Source: Entomortierella parvispora E1425 (lineage: Eukaryota; Fungi; Mortierellomycota). From it: a stretch of DNA of 64,000 nt. The notes under the pieces are model-generated. The model had not been told where the DNA came from. It searched no databases and saw nothing but the letters and a program-made list of their open reading frames with translations. Positions 23,741-35,421 of this stretch are shown here, in pieces (the first letter of the stretch is position 1; each line of letters starts with the position of its first letter). The position numbers and the translations under genes are program-made. Location: NCBI GenBank assembly GCA_020891255.1, contig BQFW01000009.1:186001-250000 (forward strand), in the 5' to 3' direction.

Positions 23741-26736
23741 TGATCCTCTGACTAATGTCTCCGCAGACGAGTACCTCGTTGATATCACGACGCAGATGCC
23801 AAGCCAAGGCCAGACATACAGCTCTACTGCAAGCTTCGCTGGAAACGCCCTCAATACTGCCTTGGATGGGGTCCATCGCTCGGACGACATCAATGGCGGA
23901 GCCGAGCCTGCGCTTGGTGAAAGTGACAGCAGTGACAAGGTCATTGATGACTCTGAGGGAGTAGACCAGCCACTCACATTCCAGCAGTATGCATTGGAAA
24001 TGTTTGGCAGAAAGATCGAGGAGCTCGATGGAGAGCCATGGATGCCGAGTATCGATTTTAAGTTCATGGATCTGTCGGCCGCCAAGGAGAATATCAAAGA
24101 ATGGGCTATCCAGTTCGGGTTCAAAACAAGGACAAGAAGATCATCCAAGACCGCTGGTATGTATTCATATCCCATGTTGTAATCAAACTGGCCATTTCAT
24201 TTTTTTTTTCTTTTTCTAATTACTCCAAACATCAATTCTGTAGTTAAAATTGTCTGCAGCCACGAGGGGACACACAAAGCGAAGAAAGTTGATGATCCTG
24301 CCAAACACCGTGCTAGGATGGCCTCTCCACGTTGCGGTTGCGGCTTCTTCATCAACCTCACTTCACCCCGTCAGATGGGAGGTAGCTGGCGGATTAGTTC
24401 CTTCAAACTTCGTCATAACAACCATGAAATGGACGCAACAATGACGAAGTACACGGTTCTTGACAAGACTATGAAGGCTACCATCAAGAAAGGTTTCGAT
24501 CTGGACATGGGCGAAAGAATGACCATCAAGCTCCTCGAGTATGAATTCCCAGGGAATAAGTTCGACAAAAAGAAAAATCCGGAGCTATCTCAGGATGTGC
24601 GAAGCCAAGTTAGACGCGACGGTCACCTCGAGCCAAAGTGAGCGTCTCCTGACACTCCTGAACCAGCAGTCGTTTTCGGCCACTTCCGAGGAATGGTATT
24701 ATCAGGCAGACTACGACGGCTTTACTCTTAGAAGAGTCTTCTGGATGAATCCTACTCAGCGCGCGCTATACAGCCGATATTACGACGTTGTTGTATTGGA
24801 CGCCACTCTACAGACGAACAAACTTGGGATGCCACTAGTACTTATCATCGTCATTGACTGTGAATTCCGATCACGGCTTGTTGCCTGCGCTCTAACCCGC
24901 AGCGAAGCTGAGGAAGACTACAGGTGGATCCTTGAGCAATTGCGATGCGCCAGCGGAGGAGTCGATCCTGGCGTTGTGTTTGTTGATATGGATCCCTCAC
25001 TTGATGCTGCCATTTCACAAGTTTGGGAGCACACTCGCGTTATCAACTGCTTATGGCACCTGCGAAACAACGTTCGTGTGCGTCTTCAACGTGTTTTTGG
25101 TATTCGGAGGTTTGACCAGTTCAGTGTGCTCTTCGAACAAGCACTTGGAGCCCTTACACCAGGGGAATTTGAGAGAGTATGGCGCGATATACTCTCCAAT
25201 TTTGGTGGTGATGGAGATGGTATAGTTGTTCCTGGAAAGGCCCCTATTGACGACAACCCCCTTTATGGAGGAACAGCAGGAAGGTACCTCAAGCGGCTAC
25301 ACAGCAGGCGAGCACACTGGGCAGGACCTTGGATTCGAGCGCCATTTACAGCAGGAGTGCGATCCACGCAGCGTGCCGAAACCACCCACAGTGTCATCAA
25401 GCGATACGAAGTTACCAGCAGCACAACGCTTCCCGAACTCTTTGAAACTATTATGTCAAAGGTCGACAATGAAGTGTCACGGCCCAGACCAGAGGATATT
25501 CGTATTCTGACCGAGACCGAAAATGGAGGCATTGAGAGGACATTCCGTGGTGTTCTTTCGATCAACCGTGATCGCCTAAGCACGTATGCACAAGCCAGGC
25601 TTAAGATAGAGATGGCTGACTCCTTGACCCATATACATCGAGATGAGGATATCGATCGATTTCTCAGAGCACAAGTACCACATGCGGGGAGAAGTACAGT
25701 AAGTTAAGCTCCGCAAAGGAAATGAAGGCCAAAGCTGGAGTTCTACGTTCTAATTGCTCATCTATGTAGGTCACGGTTGATCAGAGGACTGCTGGTTCTG
25801 TTAGCGAGCTCATTGCGCGTGTCGATGTGGACAGCATTGAAAGCGTTTTTTCAGTCTTCGATAACAGTGCAAGAACGGAGATAAGGGACTACGTGATTCT
25901 TTTTCAAGACGGATCGTATTTTTGCACTTGCGTCCTCCTGCAGGGCGAAGGATTTGTGTGCCGGCACGTTTTCCGCCCTCATGCAAGTCGATGGTCGTTT
26001 CAAGTACAAAGTCGGTCTTATCTCTGCGAGGTGGTGTAGGCCTGATTTCGAAAGGGATGCTGCCACTGCTGTGGAGAGTGAATCTACTTCCATTTCAGCC
26101 GATTCAGTCTTGGCTCGGGCAACGGCTCGACCAAGTGCATCTGTCACGAAGCCAAATGATGAATCTATCCAAGCCTCCCAAAGATTTTATTGCCCCGAGC
26201 CAGTCGTCTCTGCCAGCAAGGCTACGAAATCAAAAAAAATCCGGTATTCGAAGGTCATGCAAGCAGCCAAGGGTCTTGTGAGCGATATTCTAATGCCTGG
26301 CGTGTCAGACACAGATTTCAAGCAAGTCATCGAGAACATCAGAGCTGCATCGTCATTTGTTCCACAAGTCACAAATGGGGCTTTACAGCATCCCCAACAA
26401 CAACAGCATGGGGATGGGCATACTGAAAAGAAAGAGGGCGATGCTCAAGACATATTCAAAGGTATCGACCCAGGGATGGTTATCGACGGTGACAAAGTTG
26501 CTACAAAAGGTAGACCGAGAAAACGCAGACTCAAGGCCAGCTACGAGTCCCCATCTCGTCGCCTTCGTTTATCGCGATCGAACAAGACAGAATTGCCGGG
26601 TGTTATCAAGAAAGGGAGAGGAAGGCCCCCTCGGAAAGATGCTGCGGTCCCACCTCGGAAAGGTGCTACAATCCCTCCCCCCGAAGGATGTTCAAGCCCC
26701 CCCGGAAAGTTGCTGCAAATCAAAAGGCTCCGGTGA
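23741..26736 (+). CDS. MULE transposase (FAR1/WRKY-GCM1 DNA-binding domain, DDE core, SWIM finger, AT-hooks) interrupted by two +1 frameshifts
   Basis: WAIQFGF...CSHEG...RCGC...HNNH; VLDATLQTNKLGMPL...FVDMD...CLWHLRNN...QRAETTHS; CTC...CRH SWIM finger; KGRPRK and GRGRPPRK; frame breaks at about 24570 and 25972. Confidence 0.9.
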
Positions 26737-27843
26737 TTCCAAGGCGATCTACACGGCTGACAAAAACTATGCCTTAGTTCACGTTTGGGTGCTCTCTATA
26801 GCCAGAGCACAGAGAGAGAGAGAGAGAAAGAGGGAGAAAGAAGGAGAAAGAAGGAGAGAAATTGCTCGTGTCCAAGGAGGGTTGAGATAATAAAACGAAT
26901 GGTCCTTCGCGCAAGATTCAATTGCATCAAAAAAAAATATCCCGAGGAGTCCAAAAATTTACATCGACCAACGGTGCGATCTGCCTCTCGCCGTTCACCA
27001 TAGTCTTATTGACAAGCAGTGTCTCATTTTCACTGGGAGTCATCCTATCATCCCCATGGCAGACGCAAAGAAAGTACCGCTCAAGAACAAGGGTAAAAAG
27101 AAAATGAAGGAAGGCACTGACGATGCTGGAGGAAAGCCTTTGCAGCTCAGGACTGCCCGTAAAACAGTCTTGGTTGACTACAAGGAGATCCCTGGCACAT
27201 CGAGATCATCGGCCTCTGCCTGGAGTTCTGCTTTGAATCTCTTCATCCAATCAATTTCGTAGTCACGTCGTGCCATCGCTGTTCTTGGAAATGGTGGAAG
27301 GGGGTGCTGGGGGAAAAGAAAGGTGGATAACATGGACGCGCGTTTGTCCAGGTGTGTGCGTATTACAAAAACAGACAATCAGAAAAAAAAAATCCCGCTG
27401 GCCTTCGCCCGAGCGTTGCAAAGTGGGGCAGACAGGCCGCACCTGCATAGTAATTGTCGCACATGGGGTGGTCAACCATGAAGGGGTGGACCAAGAATGC
27501 TCTAGTACATGTAGTTTGTTGCCATAAAACGTTTCATTCCTCTAGTGTGCCTAGACTGTTGTTGAGCAGAAAGCCCACTGAGGGTGAATTACTTTTTCAA
27601 GGTCACGACTGCTTTGAAATAATCATGGTTGAGGATACCGTTCGGTGAGTAGTTTCAGTCTGTCAGGCCCAAGAACAATCTTTAATGGTCTTTCAGAAAC
27701 GCAACTTGTCATCTCCATTTGGCCTGTTTGGCATATCGCCAAGCGTTGGTGAGAGAACAGCAATGACAGAGGGAGGTCATCAGACCTCACTATTTTTATT
27801 CTAGAGTAAGTTTACTTCGATAAAAGTATTCAAGAAAATGATG

Positions 27844-28060
27844 GATTTTTTTCACCGGTGGTAAGATGAAGGGATAATTTAATCGTTGACGGCATGTTGG
27901 AATAGGTGCTGAGAAGCATTCTGACGGGATGCGAGAGGGTCAGAGTAGCGCAGTTGACAACTCAGACGGGGGAAGAGGGCCGTCAAAAGTGGGCTCAGAA
28001 TAAATTTTGACGTCCCGTCACAGTGATGTTTGACGGGGGGAGGTGGGAATTCGTTCACTC
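27844..28060 (-). repeat. Right TIR of the MULE
   Basis: Reverse complement of 18287-18503. Confidence 0.95.
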
Positions 28061-28759
28061 AATTTATTTTAGGCTTTCTATTCTCACAAATGTTGGTGTT
28101 GAACGTTTGGTGGTGCAGATTGGACGCGTTGACCCCCTTGTCTCGGGACAGCCCTAGGCAAAAGCCTCATAACTTCATAATGCTTGTCTCATGGACCCTG
28201 TCTTATAGCTCCTGTCTAGCTGTAGTCTCGGAGTAATACCCTTGACTCTCAACCTGGCTGTTGCACTGGAGTGAAACGCTTTTTTTTTGCCGGATTTGAA
28301 AGCCGCTGCATATATATGTGACTTAAGGGGTACTCTTATTCGAAGATGTCCTCGTACATGTACGTGGACATGATCAGTCGACGCAAAAGTTGGGTTTACG
28401 TGGCTCTAGCACGCCCATGATGCTCGAGATCTTGATCAAGATCCCGGGTTCCTGATGGCATCATCCGAAAGCAGCAACTGGGGACTACTATGAGCCAAGG
28501 TACCAGGGCCCCAGGACCTCACCTTGCCACCGAAAAAGTCCTCCAATGAGACTTAAAATATCAACAAGTCGACCCCACGCCACCAACCTTACAGGGCTTT
28601 AACACGGGGGACCTATTTTAGCGGGTTTACACGGCTCTAGCACGAGGAACTAACTTTGGCGCTATAGTTCTCTGGATCCTGATCAAGGTGCCAGGTCCCA
28701 GAGTCCTTCAAATGATCATTACGCCGCCTTATTGGACCTAATTGACGGTGGCAAGGCGC

Positions 28760-28790
<31 letters not shown>

Positions 28791-29727
28791 AGAGTTTTCC
28801 CGTGTAGTCAGTCCCCCATCATAGCTGAGGCTCAACAACCGAGCGATGGCACATGCTTGTCTTAGTGGTCCCATTGCAAAATAGACAATCAGACTGCTCC
28901 GTCTGTCTGTGTTCAAAACAACAAGAAAAAAGAAGAAAAAGAAAAATTAGCTGCATAAACAATGTCACACGAAGAAAGAAGGCCCATGAGAGCACACAGT
29001 CCTCCCCGGCAGTGAGTGTCTATTTGTCGTCTGGTCCAGGTGCCCCCTCTTTGTCGTCCGCTGCTGTTATTTGCCCTTCAGCTGTGAATGTGTTCGCATT
29101 GCCTTACCCAGAGTTCGAACTTCGAAGTGCCTGATGTCGTTAACTTACCCTCTCTCTACCTCCTTGCCTGAGCGAGCCTCTGAGTTCTGCCCACTACTTG
29201 TCCGCCTCTCTCGGTTCTCATATATCAAAGGGTTTCGGCCGAGCAATCTGATCCTGAGCCTCAACCCGCAAAGGCGCACAAAACGATCAAACTCAGGAAG
29301 TTCGACACGAGAAAACTGCGTTGGTGGATATAAAGATATTGACCAACGGCTTCATAGAACTTCTGAGAGAGATGAAGGGCGTTTCCTGGAGTGGTCTTAT
29401 GATCAAACTCAGTCAATAATCGATCGCGCCAAGGTCATACAAATACTTCCCAAGGTATTTTGCAATGGATAACCAGGGCGCGGTGCATGACCTGGGTGCG
29501 GTCCATGACCAGGGCGCGGTGCGGAAATCCAGACGACAGATAAGAAAGGAACTGTCGGATCGGACGACAAAAAGACACTTCCGTCCTCCTCTCCCCAGTT
29601 TTTTTTCCTTCGTTTGTGTTTCCTTTTCCTCCCTTTCCCACTTACACACGCACTCTCTGTTTTCCCGACCCCTGACCGTTCATCCCAACAATCCCCTCTT
29701 CTCGGACATCTTGCGCACTGTGACGAG

Positions 29728-31589
29728 ATGGCACCTTCAGAACAACGACAATTGCCAATGGTCCTAATCTCAGGAGCTGGACTTGGTGGACTCTTACTCG
29801 GCGCACTCTTAGAGCGAGCCAAGATTCCCTATTACATCTTTGAGCGAGCCGCAAAGGTCAAGCCACTTGGTAATCTAAGAGCTTTTGCCCATTCCTGCTG
29901 TCCCTTCGCCAGCCAGCAAGCTCCACGTGCTTCGTGTCTGACCATTCTTTTTTTTTCACTCGGGCTATCGATTATATTAGGATCAGCCATGGTGTTAGGG
30001 TCAACGGTGCTCTCGGTGTTTGAGCAATTAGGAATCTTGGAAGAGTTTTATAAGTTCTCCTTGCCAACCAAGCAGGTCGATTTCTTTGACGAGAAATTGA
30101 AGAAATTGGCGACTGTAAGCATGGAGAGTGAAGAACCAATGTAAGTAAAACATTAACAGCACATGAAGTGCATGATGTTGGGCTTTCTACCTTGGCAAAG
30201 ATACTGACCTTTTTCTTGATGTAGCGCTGGATACCCAAATCGATTGTTTGCTCGTCCCGATTTGTATGAGCTTCTGCTGCGTCAAGTTCCAAAGGACAGG
30301 ATCTTGTTGAGCAAAAAGATCCTGAAAGTCGAGGAGGAGGATGACAAGGTCTTCATCCATTGCAGTGACAACTCGTCGTATGAAGGAGATGTGCTGGTTG
30401 GAGCCGATGGCGCCTATAGCGCAGTCCGTCAAAGCATTTTCAAAGACATGAATCAGCAGGGAATTTTACCGAAAGAAGATTTAGAGGACCTCATTGCAGG
30501 ATACACGGCGGCGGTGGGCATCACCGAACCCATGGACCCTGAGAAATATCCGCAATTGAAAGACAAGAGCAATTGCCATTTTGAAGTTGTCGTTGATGGA
30601 GCTTCGTACAGTGTGAGTGGCATCTGTGCGCCAATGGTGTAGATCTATCCCATTCCTTCAGAGACTTATTCTTCTACGACATTCTCTTTGTTAGTGGAGT
30701 GTTTATTGTCTCCAAACCAATCAAATCTGTTGGATGCTTGTGAAACAATACCTGAGCGCCGAAGAGGGCAAGAAGGCAATGTTTATGAATTCAGAGTGGG
30801 GCCCTGAAAAGAATGAGTCCTTCCTCAAGGAGTTCCAAGACTGGGCCTGCCCGTATGGCGGTACATTGAAGGATTTGATTGACGCTACACCAAAGGACCT
30901 AATCTCCAAGATCTATCTGGAGCACAAGCTGTTCAAAACCTGGTTTTATAAGCGATCTGTTCTCATTGGAGATGGTATGTGCGACGGATGAATAGATGAT
31001 AGAAGAGTTTGTCTGTTCTGATTCTTACCTCCCTTTTTTTTTTTTATTCCTTCTTATTAGCTTGCCATAAGGTATACACTGGCATCTACCCTATTGGTCA
31101 AACTCCAAGAACAAGATAACACAGAAACTCACATCTTCATCACCCTCCTTAATATTCGGCTACTAGATGCTACCAGCTGCTGGACAGGGGGCCGCCAACG
31201 CTTTCCAAGACTCGGTGATTCTTGCCAACTGTCTCTATGATCTGAAGGACAACTCACAGGCGAGTATCACCGCTGCGTTCAAAAGTTATTACGATCAGCG
31301 CTTTCAGTTTGCCAAAGGAGCCTGTGAGGCCAGCAAAATAGCTAACAAGGTCATGGCCGGATCAACCTGGAGCGATCGTCTCATGCGGACCCTGGTCTTC
31401 AATTATATGCCGCGATTTATGCAACAGAAACACTTCGAAAAGACATACTCGTATAGGCCTCAGGTCACGTTCTTGCCGAGGGCTCCCAATCGCGGCACTG
31501 GATACCTTGTCCCTCAGCCGCCATCCACTCGATACACAGAGGAGCAGCGAGAGCGAGAGCGAAAGGTAGATGGAGCGGCGGTGGTTTAG
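29728..31589 (+). CDS. FAD-dependent monooxygenase (FAD_binding_3, salicylate hydroxylase-like)
   Basis: GAGLGG Rossmann motif, GADGAYS (DG motif) and LIGDACHKMLPAAGQGAN (GD motif, split by an 11-nt micro-exon). Confidence 0.92.
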
Positions 31590-32074
31590 AGCACTGTACT
31601 TCGCGCGGACCTCGAATAATTTCAAGATTGGAACTGTTTTCAATAAAAGCTCTAGGTGTCGAGTCAGCAACGCGTTTTTTTTCTAGGCGTCCCCGATCTT
31701 ATTAGCCGGCTGCCTTAGGGACAAGTTGACGCACGTTGAAAGATGGTAAAAAGATAGATCAAAGACCCCTGGCGCCGTTCATGGTGAAGCTGATGCAGTA
31801 ATAGGGCTATTTAGTGGAGACAAGAAGTGAGGTTTATTCTATTGCTAATGACTATCTTGACTATCTTATTCAGTAGTACAGCTTGGCCATCAGTCATCGA
31901 GCTGTCACCAACCAAGCAAAAAATAAAGAGCCATATGTCTGGTATAGACTCTCTGAGTACAAAGTCCTTGTAAACAAGACGTTCAGGTCTCTTGGAGGCC
32001 ACTGGCCATGAATCTCGGCATATCCAGGGAGCGAACTCCTGTACCTCAGACACTCAGAATAAATCAATCAATCC

Positions 32075-33021
32075 TTGTCCTTGTCCTTGCCCCTGTTCTT
32101 GTTCCCTTCCTCGCCCCAGTTCCTTGTCTCTTCCTCTGGTCGCGTCTTTGACTTGACATATGACATAGCTAGCATATCACTTTTGTTTGTGAACGTGAAG
32201 CTAGAGAGGGCAGAGAATCGTGGCTGGTTCCCCCATTCGCGAGTAAACACGTACAACAGCCGAGGAGGTATGACAGTGGACATTTTCTTGTTCAACCAAG
32301 CCCAGTAAGATCGCTGAAGTGTTGGCAGAGGAATTTTAGTGATGGATCCAAAGTTCTTCTTTGTATTCATCTAGTCTAGTAGAAAATCGATGTCATGAAG
32401 TATGAACATCATGTCCGAGCGAACATGCATCGACTTTCAGATTAATGAGAAAAAGGGGCCGTGATGCGGCTAAGAGATTCACAACAATACCTGACTTCGA
32501 GGAATATCGATGCAACATGTTCTTGGAAAAGTACTTACCTGCCACAGTTGGTAAAAACCAAGCAGAACGTAGATAAGCTTAGGGGTCTCCTTGTTGTGGA
32601 AGTGGAACGTGGAAACCTGAATCAGCCTCGAGACCCTTCCTGTAGTGAGTACAAGGAGCTGGATAGTCTTATTAAAATGTATGTACCCATCGAGATCTCT
32701 TTCTGTCTCTTGGCGTGTTTCACCGGTGGCTCCTTTGAGATATTGATCTTCAACTCTAGCTGTATGTTCATTTCATGGCTGGTTCGAAGAAAGCATGAAT
32801 GCATGAATAATGAGTTCATGCAGTCTGTTGCGTCCTTTCAAGTTGTGCAATTTACACGGACAAGCTACACCGCAGAATTTCTCTTCACTGCACAAAAAAT
32901 CAAGTCGGTTTTATTGATTAGGGTCATGCTACAATCGCATAGGGATATCCTCAAGGCTGAACCTCTTGTCAATCATAAACTCTTTCTTCACGACATGCAG
33001 CGGTTTTTGGCCAGCCGGTGA
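32075..33021 (+). CDS. Possible small spliced hypothetical protein
   Basis: ORFs 32075-32308 and 32461-33021 with plausible GT/AG sites; no recognised domain. Confidence 0.3.
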
Positions 33022-34933
33022 AGAACAGGCACGGTTGTGAGGACCGAGGTGTGGGATATGCTCGATGCCAAAGGCTGGGTATCGTTCGTCATGACGCGAC
33101 TGGGACTGACTGGGACTCTGGTTCGCAATACGACGGTGGGGGAGGGACGCGTTGGATGCAGTGGCAGTCCGAGGGATTTCTTGTGAAATGTGGCTACCAC
33201 TGCGCCTATCCTCTCCAAGGGATGAGGGCGGACGACGTTGCTGTCCTCCAAATCGCACAAACACAGTGTCAGACTCATTGTCAGCGTCACCCGCATCGTC
33301 GCTCTCTTCCCTTTTTACAGGAACAAGGTCATCATCGTCGTAATCTTTTCGGTGGCCGCTCCTATCCTCGCCGCCATCGCTGTCACTATCTTCATCTCCA
33401 TACAGCCTTTGGTATTCCTGTTCGATTTCGGTTTCTGTCCGATGCAGGTTCATCATCTGTCGAATTTTTGTCCACTGTCCACGAAGTCGGAACCGAGTCG
33501 CGGCCAAGAAAAGAGCCTCCTGCTCAGCAGTCGTCCAACGCGTGCTGGTCACCTCTGCGACACCGGGATCCGTTTTGATGGCCTCCTGCAGTTCCACGGA
33601 GGCAGCTTTGGTTTTGGCTGAACCAGAGACTTTTCTCAGCTTGAGAGTCAGCTCGCCCCGTCCATCGTCTTTCTTTTGGAGATTGTCCATGTTGGGTGAG
33701 GAAGGGGACGACTGTGAGGGTGAATTGGGTTTGGTGGTTGGTGGTGATGGATACGAAAATACACATACAATAGGTGCCACCATGGAGGGGATGAACGAAG
33801 GAAGAGCCGCCGACAGGACCTGAGAAGCAGCACTGGAATAGTTGTGATGAGTCGACGCCGCTAGAAATTCGGATGCGCCTGCGCTGGAAAGCGAAACTCC
33901 TCCCCCGGATTGTTGATGGCCAGGGTTCTTGTCTGAGTTGTCATTCTTAGCAGTTGAAGAGTCCATGTTTGCACCAGAGGGGGGTGCCAACGCAATAGTG
34001 CCAAATTCATTGGAGAGATGTAATGACAACCCAGAGTCCTGTTGCGTTTGTTTCATCGATGACATTTGTGAGTCTTCCTCTAGATCGTCGAGCTCATCCT
34101 GTACATCCTCGTCCTCATCGTCCTCGTCGTCCTCATCGAATTCGTCTTCCCCAGCCGCACCACGGAGTGCTGTCAAAGAATTTGTGGTCCGGCTCGCTAC
34201 CGTGTCCGCCACAGCAGAAATCGCAGAGGGTAATATGGTGTTGGACAAGGCCTGGGGCAATTGAGTCAGGAAGGTATGGGTCAAGGCGAAGGCGTATTTG
34301 GATCCAGGCGTGTCTTTGAGTCGACTAAAGACCATGTCGACCTGTTTGTGAACCTGCGCCTCCACTGTCTTGACGCCCTGATGCAAATCAAAAAGAATGG
34401 TCTCTCTAGCACGCGTCCTCCGTTGATGAATCCTTTGTGAAAGCCGTTTCAGGTTCTCCTTCGCAGCCTCGGCAGAAGGTAACGGGGTCTGAGATTCTCG
34501 AGCTCGTGCCATGTTGGATAGCAACCTTGCCCGCTCTCTTTCCTTGACTGTAGTCCACTCTGAAAATTGATTAGGGCGCTGTGGATGGTGCGGGTGTGGA
34601 CTTTGGTGACGATGGTGGTGGTGATGGTGGTGGTGGCTTGAAGAATTGGAGGGCTGCGATTGGGTGCCTGGCGTTGGTGCGTCTGCAGAGGATGCTCTTG
34701 ACATACTTGACAAAGTGGCGTCTGGATATGCCTGTGATGAGATAGCTCCCAGCGAACGCGATTGTGTTTGCGCGCCTAGACTCGACAGACTGTGATGAAC
34801 ATGGTAGTGGTGATGGTGGTGATGATGATGATAATGCAATGGTTGACTGTCGCTTGGAGTTGGTATAGTGGCGGTAGAGAATGCGCGTGCCCATGCTGGA
34901 GAGTGCTCGTGTGAACTATACTGTCGCTGTTGT

Positions 34934-34965
<32 letters not shown>

Positions 34966-35421
34966 CTGCTGTTGCTGTTCCTGGTGAAGCAGACGCTGGC
35001 GATGAAACTCCTGGTGGGCCTCCTGTAACTGTAATTGCTGAGACGCTTTTTGCTGGTCCAATCTATGATGCCCTGAATGCTGGCGCTGCTGGTTGCTATG
35101 ATTGTTCACTGCAGGATCTTGACTAGAGGTATTCTTATGGAACAGGGTGTCCTTGGCATGGCTGTTCGGATGTGAGCGTTGCCTTTGTTCACTCAGTGTC
35201 CTTTGCGGTGAGGCGGTCGGTGCAAAGACTGTGCTGACAATACCCATTGAGGAAGAGTTGAGCCCAAGAGCCGACGTTGACGTCCTGATTCCATGACCCC
35301 TCGGTAGGTCAGATGTGCGATAGGAGGAGGAAGGAGAAGAGAACGGCAACTCGCTGGAAAGCACCGGGCGCCTCTCCTCTGGAGGCATTATCCTAGGTCT
35401 TTTAATGCTAGGAGAGTCCAT
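32929..35421 (-). CDS. Poly-Q/poly-H protein with a C-terminal SANT/Myb-like domain
   Basis: 830-aa single-exon ORF from MDSPSIKR; RWTTAEQEALFLAATRF...QWTKIRQMMNLHRTETEIEQEY resembles a Myb/SANT helix-turn-helix. Confidence 0.75.
34923..34980 (-). repeat. CAG/CAA trinucleotide tract encoding poly-Q
   Basis: Seen directly in the sequence. Confidence 0.9.

Larger units (their letters stand above)
18287..28060 (+). mobile_element. Full-length Mutator-like DNA transposon (MULE), 9,774 bp
   Basis: 217-bp terminal inverted repeats beginning GAGTG; 9-bp direct repeat AATTTATTT at 18278-18286 and 28061-28069; internal FAR1/MULE/SWIM transposase. Confidence 0.95.

Noticed and set aside
24561-24575. 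IS-type -1 slippery heptamer (A AAA AAG) at the first transposase frame break
   Set aside because: The codon phase gives C AAA AAG and the required shift is +1, not -1
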